DNA of 64,000 bases from Phycisphaerae bacterium. GTDB lineage: Bacteria > Planctomycetota > Phycisphaerae > UBA1845 > Fen-1342. Shown one piece after another: positions 34,046 to 42,792 of this stretch (the stretch's first letter is position 1; each line of letters starts with the position of its first letter). The stretch spans positions 156,438-220,437 of the forward strand of contig JAUIEC010000001.1 of assembly GCA_030428945.1 (NCBI GenBank), read 5' to 3'. Below the pieces are notes generated by a model. That model was not told where the DNA came from. It saw only the letters and a list, made by a program, of their open reading frames with translations, and did not search any database. Made by a program: the position numbers and the translations under genes.

Positions 34046-34186
34046 GGCTCGGATGGTAACGCGCGGCGCGGGAATTGCGGCTTGCGGAACGGGGATTGCG
34101 ATTGAACGGGGAAATGGCGAAAGAGTGAAAGAGGCGGACACGGCGTCCTCTTTCACTCCTTCACGCACTCACGTCTTCACGGATCG

Positions 34187-35563
34187 TCAGGCGCTGGCCG
34201 CCCGCGGGCGTCGGCGCTTGGACTTGAGGGGGTGCTGGGCCTTCTTCCTGGCGGCCGGGGCGTTGCCGGCCTGCTTGCGGCGGCCGGTTTTCCCGGATGC
34301 GGCCGCTTTGCCGGCCCGGGGCCTGGCCTGCTTGGGATCGGGCTTGCCCGAGGTCGGACGGGGCTTGGTCTTGAGCGGCGGCAGCTTGGCGACTTCGATC
34401 CGGCCCTGCAGCAGTTTCTCGATGGCCTTCAGGTCGCCGCGCTGGTCGGACATGCAGAAGGTGATCGAGACGCCGGTGGCGCCGGCCCGGGCGGTCCGAC
34501 CGATGCGGTGGATGTAGGTCTCGGGATCGGGGGTCATGTCGTAGTTGATCACCAGGGCGATGTCGTCGACGTCGAGGCCGCGGGCGGCGATGTCGGTCGC
34601 CACCATCACCGGAGAATCGCCGGTGCGGAAGGCGGCCAGCGCGCGGGTGCGGGCACCCTGGCTCTTGTTGCCGTGCAGGGCGACGGCGTCGACACCGACC
34701 TTGCCGAGGATGCGGACGAGTCGGTCGGCTCCGTGCTTGGTGCGCGAAAAGATCAGGGTGCGGCCGTCATGCGGGCCCTTCAGCAGGTAGGCGAGCAGTT
34801 CGGGCTTGTCGGGCTTCTCGACGTGATAGACCCACTGCTGGACGCCGGCGGCCGGGGCCGAGACGCGGGCCATCTTGAGCGAGACAGGATCGTCGAGCAT
34901 GTCATCGGCGAGTTCGCGGATCGGCCCGGGCATGGTGGCCGAGAAGAGCAGCGACTGCCGCTGCTGCGGGACCTGTGCGAGGATCCGACGGATGTCGGGC
35001 AGGAAGCCCATGTCGAGCATGCGGTCGGCTTCGTCGAGGACGAGGATCGAGACGTCCTGCAGGGAGAGCAGTCCCTGTCCGATCAGGTCGAGCAGTCGTC
35101 CGGGCGTCGCGATGACGACATCGGTGCCCTGCTGAAGGTCGCGGACCTGGCGGTTCTGGTTGACGCCGCCGAAGATCGGAACGCTGCGGAGTCCGGAGTG
35201 CCGGCCGTAGGTCGCGAAGCTTTCGTGAATCTGCTGGGCGAGTTCGCGGGTGGGCGCGAGGACGAGTCCGCGGATGGTGCGCCCGGCGGCCGGCCGGGGG
35301 CGGCGACGGCGCCGTCCGGTGGTGAGTGCGGCCTTGACGTCGGCGTCGCGTTGCTGGCTGTCCTGCTCGGGCATGAGCAGATGGAGCATGGGAAGGGCGA
35401 AGGCGGCGGTTTTCCCGGTCCCGGTCTGGGCGCAGCCGAGGAGGTCGCGACCCTTGAGGACGTGGGGGATGGCCTTGGCCTGAATGGGTGTGGGGGTGTC
35501 GTAACCGGACGCATGGATGGCCCGGAGGAGCGGCTGCTTGAGCCGCAGATCATCAAACTGCAT
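34187..35563 (-). CDS. DEAD-box ATP-dependent RNA helicase (RhlE-like)
   Basis: Q-motif, motif I AQTGTGKT, motif II DEAD (VLDEADRM), SAT, HRIGRTAR. Basic C-terminal tail. Confidence 0.95.
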   Translation of the reverse strand: MQFDDLRLKQPLLRAIHASGYDTPTPIQAKAIPHVLKGRDLLGCAQTGTGKTAAFALPMLHLLMPEQDSQQRDADVKAALTTGRRRRRPRPAAGRTIRGLVLAPTRELAQQIHESFATYGRHSGLRSVPIFGGVNQNRQVRDLQQGTDVVIATPGRLLDLIGQGLLSLQDVSILVLDEADRMLDMGFLPDIRRILAQVPQQRQSLLFSATMPGPIRELADDMLDDPVSLKMARVSAPAAGVQQWVYHVEKPDKPELLAYLLKGPHDGRTLIFSRTKHGADRLVRILGKVGVDAVALHGNKSQGARTRALAAFRTGDSPVMVATDIAARGLDVDDIALVINYDMTPDPETYIHRIGRTARAGATGVSITFCMSDQRGDLKAIEKLLQGRIEVAKLPPLKTKPRPTSGKPDPKQARPRAGKAAASGKTGRRKQAGNAPAARKKAQHPLKSKRRRPRAASA

Positions 35564-35827
35564 GCATTTCTTCTTCTACGGAATTCAGGCTGGGATGGGT
35601 TGGCGCGCTGTGCACCGAACGTGAGCCATCAGGGGCCTGGTTGCTCCCATGGCGTTGTCCAGAGGATGCAGGGCGAAAGAGTACCAGAGTGGTAAATGGT
35701 TGTCAATAAGGGAGCAAGGGAGCGAGGGAGCGAGGGAGCCAGAGTGAGTGGCGACGGAGCGCGCGGGATCTGGTGCCACTGCTCTTGAGCTCTTGAGCAG
35801 TGTCCTCTCCGCGCGGTGGGCCCGGGC

Positions 35828-37654
35828 TCAGCGATTCAGTTGTTCGAGGAACAGCACGTACGCCCGCCCGTAGGGGCTCTGGCCGGCCTGATCCACCGCA
35901 GCCTGCAGGGCGGCCTGGGCGTTGGCGCGGTAGGCGGCCGCCTCCGACGGATTCAGCATGCCCCGCAGGTACTCGGCCGAGCCCTTCGCGGCGTTGAAGA
36001 TCCAGGCGGTGGCGCCGCCGCCTTCGGCCAGGCCGGTGTAGGCTTCGATCGCGGCCGTCAGGCTGTTGGAGCCTTCGGTCCGGGCGGCGGTCAGCAGTTC
36101 TTCGTGGGCCGCTTCGTCGAACGCGACGGTCGCGCCCAACTGGCGGATCACCGCAACCGAGTCGCGATAGCCCATCAGTCCGCGGACGCGTTCGGCATAC
36201 AGCCGCCCGATCAGCGTGTTGGCTTCGGCCTGGGCCGTGGTGGCCATCTCTTCCGGACGCTGGTCGGCGAGTTGCTTCTTCAGTCGTTCGTTCAGTCGCT
36301 GCGGATCGAACTCGTTCTGCGTCTTGCGGGCGTCGCTGACGAGTTTGCCGGCGGCGCTGCTGCTGCGCTGGAACTGCGACAGGGCGGCCTGGGCCGCGCT
36401 CAGGGCGGCATCTTCCTGCTCAATCGCTTCGCCGGCCAGGCTGGCCAGTTGGGCCAGCGCGCTCGACAGGGCCTCGGTGTCCTGCTCGACGGCGGCCGTG
36501 TAGGTCTCGACCCGCCGGCGGGCCGACGCGCCGATGGCGGTGGCCATGTCGGCCTGCTCGTTGAGGGTGCCGATGCCGCTTTCGTAGCGTTCGATCTTGT
36601 CTTCCAGCAGGGCGAGCCGCCGGGTCAGTTCCTCGTGTCCGATGACCGGGCCGTCGAATTCGACGACCGCTTCCGCGTCCTGGATCAGCAGGGCGTCCCA
36701 GTCCAGTTCGCCCTGTTCGAAGCCGCCCCAGCGCAGCAGGTGTTCGCGCTTCTGCAGGTCGCGCATGCGTTCCGAGACCGACCGGTACTGGCTGCGGTAG
36801 CCGCTGAACGAGCTTTCGTTGCCGGGCTGGAAGCCGGTCGACTGCAGGCTGAGCAACTGGTCGCGGGTGCTGGTGATCTGGCTCAGCAGTTGCGACAGTT
36901 CGGCGTCACGCTCGCCGATCGTCTGTCGCAGTCGCTCCGCCTCGGCCCGCACCTCGCCCAGTTCGGCTTCCATCCGCTCGCGGTCCTGCTTGAGCGTCGC
37001 GAGGGTCTCGCTCGGGTCCAGGCCACGGTAGTGGACCAGTTCGGCCCGGCTGCGGGCCAGGCGATTGGCGGCCGCGACCGCCTGCGTCTGGATCGCGCGC
37101 ATCTCGGTGCGGACCCGGGTGGCGAGGCCGTACAACTGCCGGGCCTTGGCCAGTTCCGTCATGCCGCCGATCATCGGGACGCCGAAGACCGACCCGCCGG
37201 CGCTGCCCGCCTTGCTGGCGTTGGCCTTGGCGGCGGCCCACTTGTCGGCGTTCTCGCGGGCGAACCGTTCGAATCCCTCGATCGCCTGCGACACGCTGGT
37301 CGGGTCGACCTGCTGGAGTTGTCCGCTGGCGTCCAGGTTGCTGTTGCGATCGATGCTGCGGGCGGCCGAAACCTGTCCGCTGAAGTTGCTTTGCAGGGAC
37401 TCGATGGCGGCGCGGGCACCCTCGGTGCCGAGCAGGGCACCAGTGTCGGCTTCCTTCAGGGCGGTCAGATCGGCCCGGGCGTCGAGCAGGTCGATCCCGG
37501 GGTTCCACTGGTGCAGTTGCCGGCGGGCCAGTTCCGCGTCTTCGCGGGCCCGGTCGGCGTCGACCTCGGCGCCGGGACGGAGCACCTGCGGGACAATCAC
37601 GGCCGCGACGAGCAGACCGACTCCGAGAATCAAACCAATCAGAAAGCCACGCAC
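35828..37654 (-). CDS. Membrane-anchored coiled-coil protein, hypothetical
   Basis: N-terminal TM helix MRGFLIGLILGVGLLVAAVIV and a long Ala/Glu/Arg/Leu-rich helical body. Coding-like bias. Confidence 0.55.
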   Translation of the reverse strand: MRGFLIGLILGVGLLVAAVIVPQVLRPGAEVDADRAREDAELARRQLHQWNPGIDLLDARADLTALKEADTGALLGTEGARAAIESLQSNFSGQVSAARSIDRNSNLDASGQLQQVDPTSVSQAIEGFERFARENADKWAAAKANASKAGSAGGSVFGVPMIGGMTELAKARQLYGLATRVRTEMRAIQTQAVAAANRLARSRAELVHYRGLDPSETLATLKQDRERMEAELGEVRAEAERLRQTIGERDAELSQLLSQITSTRDQLLSLQSTGFQPGNESSFSGYRSQYRSVSERMRDLQKREHLLRWGGFEQGELDWDALLIQDAEAVVEFDGPVIGHEELTRRLALLEDKIERYESGIGTLNEQADMATAIGASARRRVETYTAAVEQDTEALSSALAQLASLAGEAIEQEDAALSAAQAALSQFQRSSSAAGKLVSDARKTQNEFDPQRLNERLKKQLADQRPEEMATTAQAEANTLIGRLYAERVRGLMGYRDSVAVIRQLGATVAFDEAAHEELLTAARTEGSNSLTAAIEAYTGLAEGGGATAWIFNAAKGSAEYLRGMLNPSEAAAYRANAQAALQAAVDQAGQSPYGRAYVLFLEQLNR

Positions 37655-37742
37655 AGGCGCACTCCCTTTGCGAACCAGGTTTTCAGGCGGACTGCGCCCG
37701 GCAGGTCAATCGGCCCAGTGTACCCCCGAATCGGCCCCACCA

Positions 37743-38759
37743 CTAACCGCCGCCGGAATTGCTGTCAATTGTGGTCGCCAGCAACGACTCCCAGGTCTCT
37801 TCGGAACCGATCCCGGCCAGCCGGCCGCCGCGGTCGATCACCAGCACCCGCGGCGTCTGGCGAATGCCCCAGCGGCGGGCCGTCCGGTGCGCCGGACCCA
37901 GCCGGTCGTGCAGGTGCTGCCAGCCGGCCGGTCGGCCCTCGGCCTGTTCCGGCCGGGCCCGCAGGTCGACGCCGATCACGAAGAGTCCGTCCCGCGCGCG
38001 GGCCCGCTCGATCGCGGCGAGCAGGTCCGCGTCGGGGTTGGCGCTCGACCAGAAGACGATCAGGCCCGCCCGCCCGCGGTTCAGGCGCGAGTCGATCGGA
38101 GCGCCCTGCGGGTCGACCCCGGTGACGTGGAACGGCTGGCCGACCCGGCCGCGGAGGTCGAGGGCCCCGCGGAGCAGTTCGGTGACGAGGTGGTCGGGGT
38201 GCCACTGCTCGAGCAGGCTGACGAGTCCGCGCATCGCTTCGAGGGCGTCGGCCGACTCGGCTTCCTGGAACAGGACTTCGACCAGCCGAGGCGCGTAAAT
38301 GCTGTCGGGGTAGGCTCGCAGGTATTCCTGGTAGGCCTGGATCGTACCGGGCGGGACCCGCAGGACCGGGGCGCTGGTCGGCGTGCCGCGCTGGCAGAGC
38401 ATCAGCCAGTAGGCCGCCTCGGCCCGGGCTCCGGGGTGCGTTCGCAGCAGGGTGTTGCAGCGGGTCTGGAGCGCGTCGAGATCCCCGCCGCGAATCATGC
38501 CGAGTTCGAACATCGTCTGCAGTTCGAGTCGGACCGCCTCGGCATTTCGTCGCCCGCCCGGATACAACTGCTGGTAGCGGCGGGTGGCGCTGACCAGTCC
38601 CTCGCGGATTTCGAGCGCCTGGTCGGTCTGTTCGGTGGGCGAGACGGCCAGCAGTCGTTCCCGCAGGGCGGTCACCTGCTGCCAGTGGACCTCGTCCGGC
38701 GGCGGATCCGCGGACGCGGCCGGCAGAAGCAGCAGCAGACCGATCAGAGCGGGCACCAT
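37743..38759 (-). CDS. Secreted thioredoxin-fold (TlpA/redoxin-like) protein, apparently lacking the CxxC
   Basis: Signal peptide MVPALIGLLLLLPAASA. C-terminal redoxin-like segment GRAGLIVFWSSANPDA...VIGVDL with no Cys pair. Confidence 0.5.
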   Translation of the reverse strand: MVPALIGLLLLLPAASADPPPDEVHWQQVTALRERLLAVSPTEQTDQALEIREGLVSATRRYQQLYPGGRRNAEAVRLELQTMFELGMIRGGDLDALQTRCNTLLRTHPGARAEAAYWLMLCQRGTPTSAPVLRVPPGTIQAYQEYLRAYPDSIYAPRLVEVLFQEAESADALEAMRGLVSLLEQWHPDHLVTELLRGALDLRGRVGQPFHVTGVDPQGAPIDSRLNRGRAGLIVFWSSANPDADLLAAIERARARDGLFVIGVDLRARPEQAEGRPAGWQHLHDRLGPAHRTARRWGIRQTPRVLVIDRGGRLAGIGSEETWESLLATTIDSNSGGG

Positions 38760-38769
38760 CGCGCATCCC

Positions 38770-39537
38770 CTACCAGTGCATCCAGGCCTCGACATTGCCC
38801 CGCGCGACCCCCTGGTACACGACCCAGATGTACAGGAACAGGTTGGTCAGGCCATGGACAAGGACGAGGAACAGCAGGCTCTTCTTCCAGATGAACAGCG
38901 CGTTGAACGCGAACCAGCAGGGGATGCTCACGGCCCAGTTGTACGGGTGTTCGATCGTCGAGATCAGCGACGTGCCGATGAAACTCCACCAGGTGAACGT
39001 GCCGAGCGGGACCTGCTCGAAATCGTCCCAGTTGATCAGGGCCCGCAGCAGGAACACGCGCCAGAAGATCTCCTCGACGAACGCGACCGTGGTCGAGGCC
39101 ACCAGGATCCGGGTGACCACGTCCAGCCAGAAGACGGTCTGCAGTCCCAGGCGCTGCGTCCAGAAGCCGGGTTCCTCGGCCAGGACCACACGCGGGTCGC
39201 CGTACTCGACTTCGCCGGGGAACAGTGGCAGGGCGTGCGGGATGCCGATCGCGTTGGCCAGGAACTGCCCGTAGTACCATCCGGCCGCGATCAGCAGGGC
39301 CGCGACGACCGCGAGTCCGAGGTGCGGCTTGCCCCAGGGCGGGAGTTGTTTGCGGAACAGCCAGACGAGGGCCAGTCCGCCGACGCCGCGGATCAGGGCG
39401 GCGATCCAGTAGTTATCCGGACCCATGAGGTCCTTGAGGGCCAGCAGGCCGAGGTAGCCCAGCATCGGGGCCATCAGGGCGAGGTCCGGCCGGCGGGCGC
39501 CGAGTTCGTCGATTCGAGTCTGCAGGCTGGCGGACAT
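38770..39537 (-). CDS. CPBP family intramembrane metalloprotease (CAAX protease / Abi-like)
   Basis: Several TM helices with the EExxxR motif (EEIFWR) and the FxxxH motif (VLVHGLTNLF). Confidence 0.75.
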   Translation of the reverse strand: MSASLQTRIDELGARRPDLALMAPMLGYLGLLALKDLMGPDNYWIAALIRGVGGLALVWLFRKQLPPWGKPHLGLAVVAALLIAAGWYYGQFLANAIGIPHALPLFPGEVEYGDPRVVLAEEPGFWTQRLGLQTVFWLDVVTRILVASTTVAFVEEIFWRVFLLRALINWDDFEQVPLGTFTWWSFIGTSLISTIEHPYNWAVSIPCWFAFNALFIWKKSLLFLVLVHGLTNLFLYIWVVYQGVARGNVEAWMHW

Positions 39538-39702
39538 CGGTGCTCCGTGCTCCTGTCGGCGGGGCGGCGAACCGGCGACTATAGCGGCCGGGACCGCCGC
39601 GGGCGAAGGGGTGGCCGCGATGGAATCCGGAATCCTCTTGGCGGTCGACGGCTGCCCGACCTACGATGAAACGGCATATTCTCTGTTTCAGCGAGGGCAT
39701 TC

Positions 39703-41391
39703 ATGTTTCGCGTTATCGGCATTCCTGTCGCGCTACTGTTGTGCGCGAGCACCGGCCCGGCCCAGACATTCAGCGAGGTCAGCGGCCTGCGTGGCGTGGA
39801 TTACCTGGTGGAGGTCACCACCTCGTACGGATCCGGCGTGCTGCTGGCCGACCTGGACGGCGATGACGACCTCGACATGGTCGCGCTCGGGGACCTGGGC
39901 GGGCCCGGCCTGTTCGAGAACGTGGGCAATGCGTTCTTCGTCGAGCATCCGTCGATTCCGCTCGCGTCCGGGGCGGCCGGGATTGCATCGGCGCTGAGTG
40001 CGGCCGACTACGACGGGGACGGCGACCGCGACCTGCTGATCACGGTCTGGGAGGGTCCGAACAGCCTGTTCCGCAATGACGGCAATTTCACGTTCACCGA
40101 TGTTTCGGCGGTGGCGGGGCTGGACGATGACGGGATCGGGATGGGCAGCACCTGGGGCGACTACGACGGCGACGGCTGGCTGGACCTGTACGTCAGCAAC
40201 CGTTCGGGGACGACGCTGTCGGGTGGCGGCCAGGACTTCCAGCCGAACCGCCTGTACCGCAACCTCGGGGACGGCACGTTCGAGGAGCGGGCGGTGCTGG
40301 AGACGGTTGACGCGGGGATCGCTCCGACGCTGCAGGCGACGTTCGTCGATCTGGATCGCGACGGTGACGTCGAACTGTACCTGGCGAACGACAAGGGTTC
40401 GTACTCGAACTGCATGTCGTGGCGGAACCAGTTGTGGGACAACCAGAACGGCAGCCTGGTCGAGATCTCGTCGACGTCGGGCACCGACGTCTGCGTCGAT
40501 TCGATGACGATCACGCTCGGCGACGTCAACCAGGACGGGCTGCTGGACATCTACACGACCAACACGCCCGAAGGGAACGCCCTGATGGTGCAGGATCCGA
40601 ACGGGCACTTCCGCGAGGTGGCCGGCGCATACGGCGTGCTGGTCAATCAGCTCAGTTGGGGCGCGGTGTTGATCGACTACGACCTGGACCAGGATCAGGA
40701 CCTGTATGTCTGCAACGCGACCAGCTTCAACATGATGTTCCGCAACGAGCCGACGCTGCCCTGGCCGCAGGTGGCCTTCGCGCTCGGGCTGGCCGACATC
40801 AGTGTCTCGTACTGCGTGGCCCAGGGTGACCTGGACGACGACGGTGACGTCGACATGATTCTCTCGAGCGACGACACGCGCCTGAAGGTGCTGATCAACA
40901 ACGCGGCGACGGGCAACTCGCTGCAGGTCCGCCCGATCGGTGCCTGGCCGAACTACGACGCGATCGGCGCGACGATCCTGGTCGAGGCGGGCGGCGTCAC
41001 GCAGGTCCGTGCGGTTGCGGCCGGGAGTGCGTACAAGTCGCAGCACGAACTGCGGCAGACCTACGGGCTCGGCGGCCACACCAGCGCGGACCGGATCGAG
41101 ATCATCTGGCCGGGCGGTGAGATGCGGGAACTGTTCGACTACCCGGCCGGCAGTTGGCTGGCGATTCCGGACGGTCTGCTGGGCGACTTCAACCGGGACG
41201 GTATTCTGAATCACCGCGATGCGCGGCGGCTGAAGGGCTGCCTGTCGGCGGCGACGTTCGAGCCGGGCTGCGAGTGTTTCGACTTCGACGGCGACGCGGA
41301 CGTGGACGTGCTGGACGCGATCGAGTTCGGCCTGCGGCGCGGCGGTGCGACGAGGGTTCCGGCCGCGTCGGGCGGCGGGGTGATTCCGTAA
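39703..41391 (+). CDS. FG-GAP repeat / ASPIC-UnbV (CRTAC1-like) secreted protein with a dockerin-like C-terminus (third paralog)
   Basis: DLDGDDDLD, DYDGDGDRDL, GDYDGDGWLDLYV and the UnbV-like VRAVAAGSAYKSQHE. C-terminal GDFNRDGILNHRDARRLKGCL and FDGDADVDVLD. Signal peptide. Confidence 0.8.
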   Translation: MFRVIGIPVALLLCASTGPAQTFSEVSGLRGVDYLVEVTTSYGSGVLLADLDGDDDLDMVALGDLGGPGLFENVGNAFFVEHPSIPLASGAAGIASALSAADYDGDGDRDLLITVWEGPNSLFRNDGNFTFTDVSAVAGLDDDGIGMGSTWGDYDGDGWLDLYVSNRSGTTLSGGGQDFQPNRLYRNLGDGTFEERAVLETVDAGIAPTLQATFVDLDRDGDVELYLANDKGSYSNCMSWRNQLWDNQNGSLVEISSTSGTDVCVDSMTITLGDVNQDGLLDIYTTNTPEGNALMVQDPNGHFREVAGAYGVLVNQLSWGAVLIDYDLDQDQDLYVCNATSFNMMFRNEPTLPWPQVAFALGLADISVSYCVAQGDLDDDGDVDMILSSDDTRLKVLINNAATGNSLQVRPIGAWPNYDAIGATILVEAGGVTQVRAVAAGSAYKSQHELRQTYGLGGHTSADRIEIIWPGGEMRELFDYPAGSWLAIPDGLLGDFNRDGILNHRDARRLKGCLSAATFEPGCECFDFDGDADVDVLDAIEFGLRRGGATRVPAASGGGVIP

Positions 41392-41436
41392 GCAAGTCAG
41401 CAAGTGAGCAAGTAAGCAAGTAAGCACGTGAGCGCG
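41389..41436 (+). repeat. GCAAGTRA heptamer tract (family A); the gene's TAA stop is part of the first unit
   Basis: gtaagcaagtcagcaagtgagcaagtaagcaagtaagcacgtgagc. Confidence 0.8.
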
Positions 41437-41459
41437 GTGACGGTGGTCGGGTCGCGTGA

Positions 41460-42041
41460 TTGGGACTGTCCCTGACGGATTCGCGGGGCGTGCGGGTGGC
41501 GAACTTCGTTTACATCGGCGTGAGTCTGGACGGTTATATCGCGGATCGGGACGGGGGGCTGGACTGGCTGGACCGTGTGCCGGTTCCGGAGGGCGAGGAC
41601 CTCGGCTGGGCCGGGTTCTACGGGCGGATCGACGCCCTGCTGATGGGGCGGGTGACGTTCGAGACCGTCTGCGGGTTCGATGTGGACTGGCCGTATGACA
41701 AGCCCGTCTTCGTGCTGAGCGGGACGATGACGACGGTGCCCGACGCGTACCGGCAGCGGGCCGAGGTTGTCGGCGGGCCGTTGCCCGAGATCGTCGCGGC
41801 TCTGCGCGGGCGCGGGTTCGGCAACCTGTACATCGACGGTGGCGCGACGATCCGGTCCTTCCTGCGAGCCGACCTGATCGACGAACTGATCCTGACGCGG
41901 ATCCCGGTCCTGCTGGGCGGGGGTGTTCCGCTGTTCGGAGAACTCGCCCGGCCGATGGCGCTGGAGCATGTCGACACGCGGGTCCACGCGGGGGCGATTG
42001 TTCAGAGTCACTATCGGCGCGGTGAGCAAGTGAGCAGGTGA
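41460..42041 (+). CDS. Dihydrofolate reductase-like (RibD C-terminal domain / YwjB family) protein
   Basis: VYIGVSLDGYIADRDGGLDW and GRVTFE are typical of RibD_C/DHFR-like reductases. The last codons GEQVSR and the stop come from a heptamer tract. Confidence 0.75.
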   Translation: MGLSLTDSRGVRVANFVYIGVSLDGYIADRDGGLDWLDRVPVPEGEDLGWAGFYGRIDALLMGRVTFETVCGFDVDWPYDKPVFVLSGTMTTVPDAYRQRAEVVGGPLPEIVAALRGRGFGNLYIDGGATIRSFLRADLIDELILTRIPVLLGGGVPLFGELARPMALEHVDTRVHAGAIVQSHYRRGEQVSR

Positions 42042-42043
42042 GC

Positions 42044-42236
42044 CGAATGCAGTCCCCCACCCTGCGCTCGCTGGCGCTCGCTAGAGGGTGGGGCACCCGG
42101 GCAAGCAAGTCAGCAAGTGAACAAGTGAGCAAGTAAGCAGGTGAGTCGAATGCAGTCCCCCACCCTGCGCTTGCTGGCGATCGCTGAAGGGTGGGGCACC
42201 CGGGGCTGACGCTCGCTAAAGGGTGGGGCACCCGGG
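42044..42236. repeat. Two-and-a-half tandem hairpin units CCCACCCT-N22-AGGGTGGG + GCACCCGG (family F), interleaved with a GCAAGTRA tract
   Basis: gaatgcagtcccccaccctgcgct(c/t)gctggcg(c/a)tcgct(a/g)(g/a)agggtggggcacccgg at 42044-42100 and 42148-42205, with a partial third at 42206-42236. The region lies between convergent genes. Confidence 0.8.
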
Positions 42237-42239
42237 TGT

Positions 42240-42320
42240 TCCCTGGCTCCCTCGCTCCCTCGCTCCCTCGCTCCCTTGCTCCCTTGCTCCCTCGCTCCCT
42301 GGCCCCCCGCTCCCTCCTGT
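42240..42320 (-). repeat. GGGAGCGA octamer tract (family C), sense-oriented after the stop of minus-strand gene 42328-42777
   Basis: ccctggctccctcgctccctcgctccctcgctcccttgctcccttgctccctcgctccctgg. Confidence 0.75.
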
Positions 42321-42327
42321 CAGCCGC

Positions 42328-42777
42328 TTACTTCCTGGCGTGTCCGGCGATTGCGCTCTGGATGATCTTCGGCAGGGCGAAGGCGGGGGTTTCGATCTTG
42401 CGGTGGATTGAGATCACGCTGCTGTCGAGGCTGCGGCGTTCCATGCCGGTGCGGATCAGGTCGACGCGGCGGTTGGTCAGGATCACGACCGGGAACGGGT
42501 ACTGCCGGTTGTTGCGCTTCTGGAACATGTCCAGCAGCCACAGGCCGGTCTCGAAACCCGAGTCGGTCTCGTGGTCGTCGGCGCCCGGCGGGACCGGCAT
42601 CATCACGTCCAGCACCACCGCCGCGAGGCTGCCGGCCTGCTCGCTGAGAATCGCCAGGGCCTTGTCGGCCTCCTCGACGTAGGTCACCTCGAACAGTTCC
42701 TCGACCTTCTTGACGTAGAACTTGGCGTAGTTCGGCTCGTCATCAACGTACAGCACACGCTGCCTGGCTTCGGACAC
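42328..42777 (-). CDS. Single-domain response regulator (CheY-like receiver)
   Basis: VLYVDDEP, phospho-acceptor region AAVVLDVMMP, conserved T/K positions (VVILTNR). 149 aa. Confidence 0.85.
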   Translation of the reverse strand: MSEARQRVLYVDDEPNYAKFYVKKVEELFEVTYVEEADKALAILSEQAGSLAAVVLDVMMPVPPGADDHETDSGFETGLWLLDMFQKRNNRQYPFPVVILTNRRVDLIRTGMERRSLDSSVISIHRKIETPAFALPKIIQSAIAGHARK

Positions 42778-42792
42778 GCTGGCACTCCCTGG

